Made by a program: the position numbers and the translations under genes. 64,000 nucleotides of DNA, taken from assembly GCA_951406725.2 (NCBI GenBank), contig OX597835.1, forward strand, positions 26,598,001 through 26,662,000, in the 5' to 3' direction. The notes below the pieces were generated by a model. It was not told where the DNA came from, ran no database searches, and worked only from the letters and a program-made list of their open reading frames with translations. This stretch comes from Octopus vulgaris. Lineage: Eukaryota. Positions 41,132-55,039 of the stretch are shown here, one piece after another (the stretch's first letter is position 1; every line of letters starts with the position of its first letter).

Positions 41132-41565
41132 TGTGTGTGTGTGTGTGTGAAGTAGTGGTTGACGCTTATTGCGATCACTTTCGATCGTAATCCTTTAGAT
41201 AACAATAAGCGGTTGCTATGACAGCACTCACAACCATGTTATGCAGGCAGGCTGGTGTTCTGAATGATGACTCATAGGTCATATGTACCTGCCCTTGGTG
41301 GGCAAGCGTGCGAGTAGATCATACATTATGGGTGGCCGGGAAGACGGGGGTTACAAGTGCATGTGCACGTGTGGCTGTGTGGTAAGAAGCTTACCAAGAA
41401 GCTTATCATCCTCGTAACCTAGCGGTTCGGCAAAAGTGACCGATGGAATAAGTACTAAGCTTACAAAGTATAAGTCCTGAGGGTCGATTTGTTTGACTAA
41501 AGGCAGTGATCCAGCATGGCCGCTGCCAAATGACTGAATCAAGTAAAAGAATAAAAGGAGATATG

Positions 41566-41654
<89 letters not shown>

Positions 41655-41749
41655 TATACGCTTATACACACGCACATATGTATATGTATCTATCTATATA
41701 GAGAGAGAAACAGATAGACATATTTATGTGTATGTATGTATATATAGGT

Positions 41750-41788
<39 letters not shown>

Positions 41789-42069
41789 TACTCACACACA
41801 CACACACACTACGTGCAATATGATATCATAAAGGGAAAAAAATTATAGTCACCAGATTTTTTCTTCCTTTATGGTATTATATTGCGCCTAGCCATTTATA
41901 TTAATTTTTAATATGCGCATTAGCTTTTCGCTAAATCACCCATAAATTTTTATGGCGAAACACATATATACTGGCAGATGGATTTCGCCACACCATCGAC
42001 TGTTTGAGTAGTCACTGCTAATGATGCCTACAAAATAGGCGAAACCAGGGACTTGTGTGCTGGAGTATT

Positions 42070-42800
42070 TATTGTCCTGATGAAACAAAACCATTTTCGT
42101 CAGTTTTCCTGGGCGTTTCATAGACTTTCAAAATTTGCCTCATGAAGTTGGCATAGTAATATCCATTGATGGTCTGGCCCTTTTGAAGATAGTCAATAAG
42201 CACAATGCCTTTTGCATCCCCAAATATATATACAGTGGAGGCGCAATGGCCCAGTGGTTAGGGCAGCGGACTCGCGGTTGTAGGATCGCGGTTTCGATTC
42301 TCAGACCAGGCGTTGTGAGTGTTTATTCAGTGAAAACACCTAAAGCTCCACGACTCTCCGGCAGAGGGTGGTGGCGATCCCTGCTGTACCCTTTCGCCAC
42401 AACTTTCTCTCACTCTTTCTTCTGTTGGCCTGCTCGCTTAGCCAGCGGGGTGGCGTCACTTGAAGGCTAAAACAATGCGAAGCGCATTGTGACCAGCGAT
42501 GTGTAACAACATCTGATAGCCTGGTCTGTCACGGTCACGGATATATATATATATATATATCTTCTTTTATTCTTTTACTTGATTCAGTCATTTGGCAGCG
42601 GCCATGCTGGAGCACTGCCTTTAGTCAAACAAATCGACCCCAGGACTTATACTTTTGGATCCCCATCATCCTCCATGCGAATGAAACGAACTTCACGTTC
42701 TTTGGAGCAGGTGAGGAGGGGGTGTTTCCATTGCATAGTTTGTCCCTTTATCTCGGGATCGAAGTGATGAACGCAACACTTATCCTGAATTCGTAAATGT
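42070..42800 (-). mobile_element. mariner transposase fragment, decayed, split by SINE C and SINE A pieces
   Basis: Minus strand DKCCVHHFDPEIKGQTMQWKHP, then DAKGIVLIDYLQKGQTING.YYAN..KRPGKLTKMVLFHQDN. Confidence 0.85.
42235..42540 (+). mobile_element. SINE family C, full length
   Basis: tRNA-like head TGGCCCAGTGG...GGTTTCGATTC; copies at 55613-55885 (minus) and 62836-63139. Confidence 0.92.
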
Positions 42801-42899
42801 TCAAGGATAAAATAAGTACCAGACTGGAAGTTCGATGTAATCGATTTACCTCCCATCCGAAATTGCTGGCTTTGTGCCAAAATTTGAAATCAATACTCT

Positions 42900-43378
42900 T
42901 TTTTATTCTTTTTACTCTTTTACTGTGGCCATGCTGGAGCACCGCCATTTTAGTCGAGCAAATCGACCCCAGGACTTATTCTTTGTAAGCCTAGTACTTA
43001 TTCTGTCGGTCTCTTTTGCCGAACCGCTAGATACGTGGACGTAAACACACCAGCATCGGTTATCAAGCGATGTTGGGGGGGACAAACACAGACACACAAA
43101 CACAAACACACACACACATAAACATATAAATATATATATATATATCTTAATAATAAAATATTAGGGAATAAATCCAAACTTACAGGGAAAAATCAGATTT
43201 AGGATTGAATCCAATTTTATAGTAAAATATTATATTATATTAAATTAGAGATAAAAACCACTATTAGGCAAATCATACAATGAAAAACTTAAGCCAATAC
43301 ATAAGATTAATTAATTTATATTATTTAAAATATATATCAAAATTATTAAAAAAAGATAATTAGATAACACTACGATCG

Positions 43379-43417
<39 letters not shown>

Positions 43418-43554
43418 CGCAGGAGTGGCTGTGTGGTATGGTTGCGGGTTCAGTCCACTGCGTGGCATCTTGGGCAAGTGTCTTCTGCTATAGCCCCGGG
43501 CCGACCAATGCCTTGTGAGTGGATTTGGTAGACGGAAACTGAAAAAGCCTGTCG

Positions 43555-43585
<31 letters not shown>

Positions 43586-43975
43586 ATGTGTTTGTGTGTC
43601 TGTGTTTGTCCCCCTAGCATTGCTTGACAACCGATGCTGGTGTGTCTACGTACTAGCGGTTCGGCAAAAGAGACCGATAGAATAAGTACTGGGCTTACAA
43701 AGAATAAGTTCCGGGGTCGATTTGATCGACTAAAGGCGGTGCTCCAGCATGGCCGCAGTCAAATGACTGAAACAAGTAAATGAGAAATGAGAAATATATA
43801 TATATATACATATATACGACGGGCTTCTTCCAGTTTCCGTCTACCAAATCCACTCACAAGGCTTTGGTCGGCCCAAAGCTATAGTAGAAGACCCCTTGCC
43901 CAAGTTGCCATGCAGTGGGACTGAACCCGGAACCATGTGGATGTTAAGCAAGCTACTTACCACACAGTCACTCAT
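42900..43975. mobile_element. Cluster of SINE A pieces (42900-43110 minus, 43414-43790 plus, 43815-43975 minus) around an AT-rich insert
   Basis: Family matches in both orientations. Confidence 0.82.
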
Positions 43976-44463
43976 ATATATATATATATTTATATATATA
44001 TGTTTGTATCGTTTTTTTGCCACATGTTTAACTTCCCTTGTTTTTACTCCTCTGCGAAGTAATTTTATTTAATTCCTTCGCAGGAAGGATTAGTTCCACG
44101 AGTCATGTTCTGTCCTCACCTTCGAAACACGCTGGAGTTGAACTAGGGACGGCTGATGAAGGGGACTTTTCCTTGTGTAGTTTGTCTTGTACTCTGTTTT
44201 TTTCGTTTAGGTCCGTTTCCACGTTTGTTTTTACGTTTTCGTTTCTCGTTGAGTTCTACGTCTATTTGTGGTATCCTGTACTCACGTATATATACTTATA
44301 TATGCATGTATATATACATGTAGATGTAGGTACGTACATATATGTATGTATGTATGCATATATTTTATTTATTACACTATTGTATGACTGAGAGCCCTCG
44401 CGTCGATTCGATTCGTTTTCATTTCGTTTCATCTCCTCCAAGTAAGTTTTGTTATATATATGT

Positions 44464-44547
<84 letters not shown>

Positions 44548-44792
44548 CGGTACATTGAATGATGTAGTCTTTGGTATATTGTTTCTGTTTAAAAGGCAGA
44601 GTGATCGCAGATGGGCGAGTGTATACGTCTTGATCACAGTATACAAATGGTCGTTCAGGATGGGATTGGCCAAGGGTTAAACAAGTACAAGCTACTAATA
44701 ACTAGTGGCGGTGCTAACGACCAATAACTAGTAAATACCGCTGGTCACTCTTCCTGTTTATCTTTTGTCGTCCCTTCCTCTTCCTTCTTCTC

Positions 44793-44824
<32 letters not shown>

Positions 44825-44835
44825 CATCTCTTTTA

Positions 44836-44881
<46 letters not shown>

Positions 44882-45410
44882 CTATCAAGGACATATTATA
44901 TCAAACGTAATTGCTTCTAATTTGTAGTTTCCCTCTCGGACTCTGTGTGTGTGTGTGTGTGAACGTGTGTATTTGCGTGTATGTGTGTTTGAAAACTTGT
45001 TTTGGTGATTGTATTTATTTGTGTGGGAGGAATGTTAGAATGTATGTTTGTATGTGTGTGTGTATGTGTGTAGTGTGTATGTGTGTGCGTATGTGTGTTG
45101 TGTGTATGTGTATGTCAGCATGCGTGTGCGTGAGTGTGTGTTTGCGTATGTGTGTTTGCTTATGTAATCGCTACTATACATACATATATACATACATATA
45201 TACATTCACATATATACATATGTATGCATATATAAATATATATGTGTGTATGTGTGTGTGCGTGTACACATGTATATGTATATACATATACAAACACAGA
45301 CGCATATATGTATTATTTGTATATGTGTACACCAAACCTATATACATATGTATGTGTGTGTGTGTAAGTGTATGTATGTAAAATGTATATATATGATGTA
45401 TATATGTATG

Positions 45411-45441
<31 letters not shown>

Positions 45442-46575
45442 GCATGTATATATATGTGTGTGTGTATATGTGTATATATGTATGTTTGTGCGCCAAACCT
45501 ATATATATATTTGTGTGTGTATGTATGTATACATGTATATATGTATGTTTATACATATATAAATGAATACGTATATGTGTATGTTTGTTTGTGTGTATGT
45601 GTGCGTGTGTGTGTTTCTCAATATGATGTCACTTCCTGGTCATTAATACTTCCGTTGGAGTTATTTATTGGTTATTTTTGTTGTTGTTGCTGTCGCCATC
45701 GTCGCCGCCATCTTTTTATTGTTGTTGATGTTACTACCGATAATATTTTGCGTTTTATCCATTTTTTTTCTTTTATGTGTATGTTTGTCGCATGTTTCAG
45801 TGTACGTGTACGTGTCGGGTGAGTAAGGGGTAGTTCGGTTGTTTAACTAATGAAGAGGAGCATGCGTTCAAATCCTTTGAGGTCACAAAACACCACATTT
45901 ATTATTTTTAACACAAACACATCCCTTTAGACTGCGGCCATGCTGGAACACCGCCTCGAAGAACTTTTAGTCGAATGAATCGACGGCAGTATTTTTTCTT
46001 TCGGAAGCCGGCACTTATTCTATCGGCATCTTTTGCCGAACCGCTAAGTTACGGGGACATAAACACACCAACTCCGGTTGTTAAGCTGTGGTGTGGCACA
46101 AACACAGTCACAAGGTTTAGTGGTTAGGTTGTTGGACTCATGATCGTAAAATTGTGGTTTCGGTTCCAGGTCACTACCTGGAATCGAACTCGGAATCATG
46201 GGGTTAGTAGCCTGCGCTTTTAACCACTGCGCCATATGCCCACAGGCATACGGCGTTGTGTTTCGAAATTTCCCCAAGGCACCTGATGAAGGCTGGAGGG
46301 TTGTGTTAACAACAAACAAGATGAGGACAAATGTCCATCAAATGTAAATAATGTAAATAATGTACATAGTTTCCTCATCTCTTAAATATAGAACTGTACT
46401 TGTTGGAAAATATCCATGGTTTGAGTTGGTTATTTGTGGAAATTCAACCGGAAGGTGTAATGATATTTGCATCAGATTTGATCCAGTGGGGGTGGAGCCT
46501 GAGGGCTCTACCACTACAGCCCTCCCAGGAATAGTAGGGGTTGAAAGAGACTGGATAGAAGAATGCAATTGTAAA

Positions 46576-46807
46576 GGCGGCGAGCTGGCAGAAACGTTAG
46601 CACGCCGGGCGAAATGCGTAGCCGTATTTCGTCTGCCGTTACGTTCTGAGTTCAAATTCCGCCAAGGTCGACTTTGCCTTTCAGCCTATCGCGGTCGATA
46701 AATTAAGTACCAGTTACGCACTGGGGTTGATGTAATCGACTTAATCCCTTTGTCTGTCCTTGTTTGTCCCCTCTGTGTTTAGCCCCTTGTGGGTAATAAA
46801 GAAATAG
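46576..46807 (+). mobile_element. SINE family B
   Basis: Family match; an older B-like fragment follows to about 46915. Confidence 0.9.
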
Positions 46808-47080
46808 GTTGGAAGAATGCTTTGCAATATTTGGTCTGATTCCAGTACGTTCGTTTTGTGTTCAAGCCCCACGGAGTTCACTTTTGCTTTTCATTCTTTC
46901 GGGGGACGATATAAAAATTAAATTATTTTTCCAATCCAATCCAAGACGTTGAATTAGAAAAAATGTTCGAATAGAGCTTCTCAAACGTGCCTTATTATTA
47001 TTTTTTTTTATACTTTTAACTACCGTCCCTTTTCTTTTACGAGGATTCTTTCAAGGCCGCCCTCCTTAATAAAATTCAAC

Positions 47081-47592
47081 AGGCGCAGGAGTGGCTGTGT
47101 GATGATGATGAGAAGGAGGACGAGGAAGGGACGACAAAAGATAAACAGGAAGAGCGACCAGCGGTATTTACTAGTTATTGGTCGTTAGCACCGCCACTAG
47201 TTATTAGTAGCTTGCTTACCAACCACATGGTTCCGGGTTCAGTCCCACTGCGTGGCACCTTGGGTAAGAGTCTTCTATTATGGCCTCGGGCCGACCAGAG
47301 CCTTGTAAGTGGATTTGGTAGACGGAAACTGAAAGAAGCCCGTCGTATATATGTATATCTATATATATGTGTGCTTGTGTTTGTGTATCTGTTTGCCACC
47401 CCCACCCCCAATATCGCTTGACAACCGATACTGGTGTGTTTACGTCCCCATAACTTAGCGGTTCGGCAAAAGAGACAGATAGAATATGTACTAAGCTCAC
47501 AAAGAATAAGTCCTGGGGCCGATTTGCTCGACTAAAGGTGGTGCTCCAGCATGGCCGCAGTCAAATGACTGAAACCAGTAAAAGAGTAAAAA
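47081..47592 (+). mobile_element. SINE family A with a ~105-bp foreign insertion in the head
   Basis: Head interrupted at 47101-47205 by an inverted copy of about 44697-44801. Confidence 0.9.
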
Positions 47593-47829
47593 TTAAATAC
47601 ACCCCCCGCCACACACACACAAAGAAAAATTACTGCCAATGGCAATTAAGAACATGAAAACCTTTAGACTTCTCCTGCTTCCTTTGCATCATAAAATAAA
47701 TGTTTCGGTAGTTTATAAGAGTTTATGGATTAATCTATGCCGACGCTAGACGCCACCTGTTTCGTCATATACCGCCGTTTCATTATATAACTTATTGTTG
47801 GTGTATTATCAACGCAGACGCTAACGCCA

Positions 47830-47881
47830 CGACCATCACCAACATTACCAATACTACTACAACTACTACTGCTGCTGCTAA

Positions 47882-47920
<39 letters not shown>

Positions 47921-49313
47921 AAATAACGTTAGTTACTTCCACCATCACCACTGCAGCTACCATTAAAACTTCCACTTTTAACTACTATCAACACATCCAG
48001 CACGGCCTCCACAAGCACCATTAGCAACCACCGCCACCATTACCATCGCCACCATCACCACCACCAACACTACCATCACCACCACCACCACCACCACCAC
48101 CACCACCACCACCAACACTACCATCACCACTACCGCCACAACCACCACCACCACTACCAATACCACTACCATCATCACTGCCATCACCGCCAACACTACC
48201 ACCACTACCATTACCACCACCACCGCCACCACCGCCACACCAACACCACCACCTCCATCAATAATACCATCACTACCACCAACAACACCAATACTACTAC
48301 AACCACCACCATTAACCATAACACCAACGCAATCGCCACCACCACCACCACCACCACCACCACATCTACACCAACCATCTATCTACTCCACCCCTTAATC
48401 AGTCAGTACAAGGACAATGAGTGGTTGTCCACCCTTAACAGATATACACTCTACCCGGATGACTCAGAAATTTTCTCCAACCCCCACCCCCACCACTAAA
48501 CACTCTGTAATTAAAAAATCTAGACCCCCTCCCCGCTCCTCCCCCGCCAACACTTCCACCATCTTGTTCTTGTTTTTTTGTTTTCGTTTTTTGTTTTTGT
48601 TTTTTCTATTATCACGTGTTCGTCTGAAACTTAACGGCTACGCTGTAATTAACAAATCAATCAACACCATCATCATCATCATCATCATCATCACCATCGC
48701 CGTTGTCGTCGTCACCATCATTGTCGTCGTCGTCGTCGTCGTCATCATCATCATCATAATCATCATTATCATCATCATCGTCACCCTCGTTATTATCGCA
48801 AAAGAAGTCAGTATCGTAACCAGCAGCAGCAACCGCAGCAGCACCAACATCATCGACGTGATGGTCGCCATCTTCCACTCCCCACCACCCTCTCTTCCTC
48901 CTTCCTCTCTTCTTCCTGTTCCTTCCCCATTGCTTCATCATTATCATCATCATCATCATCATCGTCGTCGTCGTTATGTTTACGTCCATGCTCATGTTTG
49001 TCATCATGATTGTCATCGTAATCCCCTCCTCCTTCTCCTCCTTTTCCTCCTCCTCCCCCTCCTCCTCATCATCATCACCACCACACCCACCATCATTGTG
49101 ATCGCCGTCGTCGACCACCACCTCCACTTTCTCCTCCTCTTTATTATCATCGTTGTCGTCGTCTTCCTCTTCCTCATCTCCCTCCTCTTCTTCCTTCCCC
49201 CCCCCACTTCACTCTCATCATCAGCAGTAGCATCAGCATCGTCATGTTTAGTTCACTACTATCTTCATCTTCGTATACTTAAACATCGTCTTCGGCGTTT
49301 TCGTCGTCGTCGC

Positions 49314-49347
<34 letters not shown>

Positions 49348-49521
49348 GTCGTCATCACCATCACCACCGTCAAAACCATACCCACCACCACCACCACCGT
49401 CGTCGCCATCGTCGACGACCGCCTTCTCTTCTTTCTCTCTTCTTTATCATCATCATTATCATCATCATCATCATCGTCGTCGTCGTCGTCGTCATCATCA
49501 TTATCATCATCGTCATCGTCG

Positions 49522-49602
<81 letters not shown>

Positions 49603-49604
49603 CC

Positions 49605-49636
<32 letters not shown>

Positions 49637-49653
49637 CATCGTCGTCGTCATCG

Positions 49654-49745
<92 letters not shown>

Positions 49746-49755
49746 GTTGTCGTCG

Positions 49756-49812
<57 letters not shown>

Positions 49813-49898
49813 CCATCATCGTCGTCGTCGTCGTCGTCGTCGTCATCGTCGTCATCATCATCATCATCATCATCATCATCACCATCACCATCATCATC

Positions 49899-49949
<51 letters not shown>

Positions 49950-50000
49950 GTCGTCGTCATCGTCATCATCATCATCGTCGTCATCAGCAACAGCAACGAC
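47830..50000. repeat. Long trinucleotide low-complexity block: (ACT)n, (ACC)n, (CAT)n/(CGT)n
   Basis: Direct reading; explains the 549-aa poly-I/V/H ORF. Confidence 0.93.
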
Positions 50001-50369
50001 TTGAATTTAAGACACTGTTCCAGCTACACCCAAGCGCAAACAGACAGACGCAACGCCATCTGCTGACGAGTGCGTTGTATAAACTCTATGTAACGGGAGT
50101 TTTGTTTTGTTTTGTTGGTTGGCGATTGTGTTTCACATATCTGTGTTGTAAGAGATTTATTATTATGTAACGCAGAATCGGATTTGAAGTCTCAACTCTT
50201 CGTGCTAAGCCAATTCGGAATACTCATGGGACCGTAGATTCAATTTCTGAAATGTAGGGGCTCGTTGTACCCCTGAGCAAAACATTTCATTTTACGCCGC
50301 AAGCTCGCCACGTCACTAATACAACAACAAAAAATAACAACAACAACAACAATAGCACTACTATTCATT

Positions 50370-50633
50370 TCTACTGTCGGCACAAGGCGTGAAATTTTGG
50401 AAGAAGCGAAAGGAATGAATGGATTGCAGCGACCTCCAGTGTTCAGCAGAACCCGAAAGGTTGAACGACAAAGTCAACCACGGTGGAATTTGAACTCAGA
50501 ACGGACGAAATTCTGCCGAGGTCGACTTTGCCTTTCATTCTTTCGGGATCGATAAATTAAGTACCAGTGAAACACTGGGGTCGACTAGTTCCATCCCCAC
50601 AAAATTTCAGGCCTTGTACATTTAATAGAAAGG

Positions 50634-50640
<7 letters not shown>
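50370..50640. mobile_element. Head-to-head pair of truncated B-like SINEs
   Basis: Minus copy about 50370-50503 joined to plus copy about 50507-50640. Confidence 0.75.
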
Positions 50641-50681
<41 letters not shown>

Positions 50682-51210
50682 GAGAGCAGTGCATGCCATC
50701 AAAGTGACACTGGGGTAAAATATACGAAGCCCAGTATACCACTCATGAATACCCGTCTGATAAGAGTACGCTAGGCACATGCATCACAACCATGTGTGCA
50801 CGACATGGTGATCCCATATCAAGACAGCGCATGACCTTGCAGATGGGGCCCAGTTAGAATTTTCTTCTGGTCGAGTAGCCCATTCCCACTCAAAAGGTCC
50901 CTGAATAAGGATTGTTTAAGGATGTTGAACGAAACACCCATGTTTCCAAAGGTGAATTATTCAAACCCCAAAGAATTCCTCTCAACGCATAGCTATGATG
51001 CTCCTCCACTAGTTCTGCTCGTAATCAGACATGCATATATCGCCAGCCACTAAGGGACATGCTCAACTGGTTAAGGTCAAACAACTGACAAGCAAATCTG
51101 TGGTATTGAGCAGAATATTTGCTGTAGCCCATCTTTTATACCAAGACAAAACAATGTACATGATAACATTACCAATCAGTTAAGATCAGAAGCCATGAGA
51201 GCCACTGTCT
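50682..51210 (-). mobile_element. Probable 3' end of a non-LTR retroelement ending in (AAT)n; second copy at 54137-54255
   Basis: GAGAGCAGTGCATGCCATCAAAGTGACACTGGGGTAAAATATACGAAGCCCA occurs at both loci directly after (TTA)n; the copies are truncated at different points on the far side. Confidence 0.72.
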
Positions 51211-51772
51211 GCTATATTAGTGTAATTGTTGTTGTTGTTGTTGTTGTTATTAAATAATAATAATGATGATGGTGATTTCCAATTTTAGCACAAGGCCAGC
51301 ATTTTGGGGGGAAGAGATAAATCGATTAGATCTACCCCGTGCTCCCGAAAAGATGAAATGTAAAGTTAGCCTCGGTGTTATTTGATCTTAGAAGATAAAG
51401 AGCTAGAATAAATACTAGAAAGCGTTTTATCCTGTATGCTAACGGTTTTACCAGTTCGCCGATGGTGTACGATATCGACAGCACAAATGAAACCATAAAT
51501 AGTTTATTCATCATCAAATGTTTCGTATTTTGAATTCACTCATTCAGAATATATTTATTTTTGTTTTTCTTTCAATTCAAGCATAAGCTCATCAAACGGT
51601 TTAAAGACCAAATTTTAAATCAAACGGTTTAAAGACCGAATTATATGTATTGGTATTGTGCGGCGGAAAACTGAATTTCTAAGGGAGATAAGCAAGTGCA
51701 TGGTCCTCCGTTTGATATTGGGAAAAACAGAAGGAAAATGTTCGGTAATGACAGAATTTAAGGAACGAAATT

Positions 51773-52096
51773 TCTCTCTATATAAACGGCAGAATGTCTG
51801 TGTGTGTGTCCTTTATACAAATCCACAATTTTTTAGTTAGAGGACTCGCACTTTCTATGGTCATTTAAAACCGTTCAAGGGTGGTCGTGCTAATTTTTAC
51901 ATTTCCCCAGTCACCCCGCAAAGCCATTAAAAAATCAATATAGAAGTGACTTTTTTGTGAATTTTCTATCCAAAACCCAATCAAAATGCCCAAAACTTGA
52001 TATGCCAATTGAATGCCAAGCTAGCTGTATGTGATTGGTCGGAAATTTGGACAGTATTCGCGTGTATGTGCGCACGTTGCCGGGTCATAGTGCTAG
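51773..52096 (+). mobile_element. Non-autonomous Helitron, second family
   Basis: Starts TCTCTCTATATAAA; ends GCCGGGTCATAGTGCTAG followed by T; hairpin left arm incomplete. Confidence 0.65.
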
Positions 52097-52884
52097 TATT
52101 GAATAAATCTACACCGTTTAATTTGACGCTTTTGTCTTCGATACCTTATCTCTACAATACATCTCGCTTCTTCTGTTATTTTTACCATAATAATAATAAA
52201 AAAGAACACTTTGTGTGATTCTTAAAAAAGCTCTCATTGAAACTAAAAATGTTTTTATGGCCGTCTTATTTATTTTCATCTAAAGTGGTTGTTATGGCGT
52301 AGCACAATAAAAAGTGTTACTTATATTGTGCTTCACAAATAATCTCCGTTTTAAAACTCAAAAAGTTTTAAATACCCTGGTTTATTTATTTTATTTTTTT
52401 TGCTATTATTTCTCTTTAAAATAGTTATGATGTAGCATAAAAAAAGTGTACATATATTACAATGTTTCTCTAAATAAACACAGCTTTAAAATTGAAAATA
52501 AATGTATTTAAGACCGTTTTTATTCTAAAATAATAATTCTTACATAGCACAATAAAAAATAAACACGGTACAATAATTTCTCCTTTTAAAACTGTAAACA
52601 AAATGTTTTAAAATCCCTTTTCATATTTTCCCCACGAAATATTTCAAAATTCGACTTTTTGAATATTCAGTCTTTCAAGCTTCTAATGTTCTGTTTCTTT
52701 AGCCCCGTTCGACCTTTTCGCGTTGGGCCTAGTGATCCACATGCAAACCTTCATAAAAACATCTTACCAACACATGCTCGTTCGCCATTGAGCGTTGGCC
52801 GTCCCCTATAAAGCTGAATGGTGATTGCATATACAGTATGTGCTGTCTAGATTATGTTTCCTTATCGGGTGGACATTTTAATTG

Positions 52885-53575
52885 TGACGTGGCTGTGTGG
52901 TAAGAAGATTGCATCCCAACCACCACATAGTCCCAGGTTCAGTTTCACTGCGTGCCACCTTGTACTTGTCCTTACTTGTGGCGACATTCACCTTGGGCGG
53001 GTTGAGTCGGCTTCTTCTACCATGGAAGAAGTTTCGTGGGAATATGTGGATTTCACAAGGGGTCCCCAACAATCTCTCATGTAGAGACATCCTGTTTGCC
53101 GCAGATTGTCCGCAGACGCAGGGACAGAACGACCGAGGAACCGGCCCTAATACCACTCGGTGTCAGACCAATCCGCCTTGGGTGACCTTACCAGGAACCG
53201 AAGTTCCCGACGGCATAGCTCTGACGCTACCCGTTGCCAGCGTTCCCACCACGGTGAGGAGGGGATGGACTTTGGACAAATGTCTTCTATTATAGCCTCG
53301 GGCCGACTAAAGCCTCGTAAGTGGATTTGGTAGGCGGAAACTAAATGAAGCCTGTCGTATGTATGTGTCTGCGTGTGCCTTTAGGCCTGTCTTTTTTTTT
53401 CATATCACCACCGCTTGATAACCGGTGTTGGTGTGTTTGCGTTTCCGTAAATTGGCGGTTCGGCAAAACAGACTGATAGAATAAGTACGGTCGATTCACT
53501 CAACTAAAACTTCATGAAGGCAGTGCTCCAGCATGACCATATTCTAGTGACTAAAACAAGCAAAATATAAAAGAT
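52885..53575 (+). mobile_element. Diverged SINE A interrupted by a ~305-bp GC-rich insert (52963-53268)
   Basis: Head to CACCTTG at about 52962 resumes at CTTTGGACAAATGTC near 53270. Confidence 0.8.
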
Positions 53576-53842
53576 ATACGTTGTGTAGGTTGTATAATAA
53601 ATTACATATAATGGGGCGAGTCATGTGAGATTTATGTCATTTCCTAGAATTGTTGTTGTTTGTCGTATGTGATGTGAGAATTGTTTTATGTGTTGCGTCG
53701 GAGGACCCGGAGACGTGTTGTGAGTGGGTTGTGTTTTATTAAGAGATGATGAAAGGCGGCAAGATGGCGGCGGAATCGTTAGCACTACGAGCAAAAGGCT
53801 TCGCAGTGCTTTTAACCACAAAATTTCAGACCTTAGAAAGAA

Positions 53843-53892
53843 TTATCATTGTTGTTGTTGTTGTTATCATCCTCCTTATCATCATCATTATT

Positions 53893-53945
<53 letters not shown>

Positions 53946-54038
53946 TATTTTTATTATTATTATTATTATTATTGTTGTTGTTGTTGTTGTTGCTGTTGTT
54001 GTTATTATTATTATCATTATTATTATTTATTATTATTG

Positions 54039-54075
<37 letters not shown>

Positions 54076-54089
54076 CATCATCATCATCA

Positions 54090-54136
<47 letters not shown>
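53843..54136. repeat. Compound (TTG)/(ATC)/(TTA)n
   Basis: Direct reading. Confidence 0.95.
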
Positions 54137-54504
54137 GAGTGAGAGAGAGCAGTGCATGCCATCAAAGTGACACTGGGGTAAAATATACGAAGCCCAATAT
54201 ACCCATCATGACTACCCGTCTGATAAGGGTACACCAGGCACATGCATCACAACCAGGAAATTCAGGATGGAGGTTGCTTTATCACGTTTTTGGGAGTTTC
54301 CTAGTGTCTGCAAAGAAGTTATCTTCGCAGTCATAAGGAAGGGGATTACTTACCGTCTAAAATAAGGCAAATGAGCTTTGACTAATGATGAAGCCATGTC
54401 GTTTTCCTGTTTGCGAAGAAAATAACAGACTGTATTTACGTAGGAGTTACAAACAGTGTATAATTACATTAAATGCATCGTGTATGTATGTATGTATGTC
54501 TGTA

Positions 54505-54701
54505 TGTGACCTCGTCTGTATCACTAGCGATTTTTTCCTCTGTCTTCCCTTCTCGGGATCTTTCCTTCTCCTATGTTTCCGACGAAGAGCTCCGCTCAAA
54601 ACGTCAAACCCTCCTTCTTCCCTTCTTTCTTGAGCGTCCAATAATACTTTATTTGTTCCACGTCCTTGCGTTGTTGTCTTTTTGTTTTCTTGTTTGGATT
54701 A

Positions 54702-54705
<4 letters not shown>
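54505..54705 (+). mobile_element. Short hammerhead-bearing element with degenerate core
   Basis: GTTT-CCGACGA-A-GAGC-TCC-GCTC-AAAA-CG-TC-AAAC at 54575-54609; downstream TGAGCGTC..TAATACTTT shared with the 38009 copy. Confidence 0.65.
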
Positions 54706-54780
<75 letters not shown>

Positions 54781-55039
54781 ACGTACGTACATACATACAT
54801 GCACGTACATATATATATATATATACTACAGAACCTTCTAAAAATAGAAACCCTTAATTAAGTATCATTCCACCGTGATAAGATTATCAATGAAGACAAT
54901 CAGGCAAAATCAATATATGTAATCACCATAAACTATGAACCCTTCAACAAGTTCGACCTTACAAGAATGAAGGACATTTCTGAACAATGAGACGCCAAGA
55001 TATATGACAATCACAGACAACAGGCATTTCAAACATATA

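Noticed and set aside
42235-42310. tRNA-like sequences at SINE heads (also 13707, 34070-34143, 46170-46240, 62836)
   Set aside because: A and B boxes run straight into SINE bodies with no complete cloverleaf; these are SINE promoters, not tRNA genes.
48417-50066. 549-aa poly-Ile/Val/His ORF
   Set aside because: Arises from (CAT)n/(CGT)n repeats; no domain, several frames open on both strands.
53755-53790. YY1-like AAGATGGCGGC promoter motif
   Set aside because: It is a mutated SINE B head (GGCGGCGAGCTGGCAGAATCGTTAGCAC).
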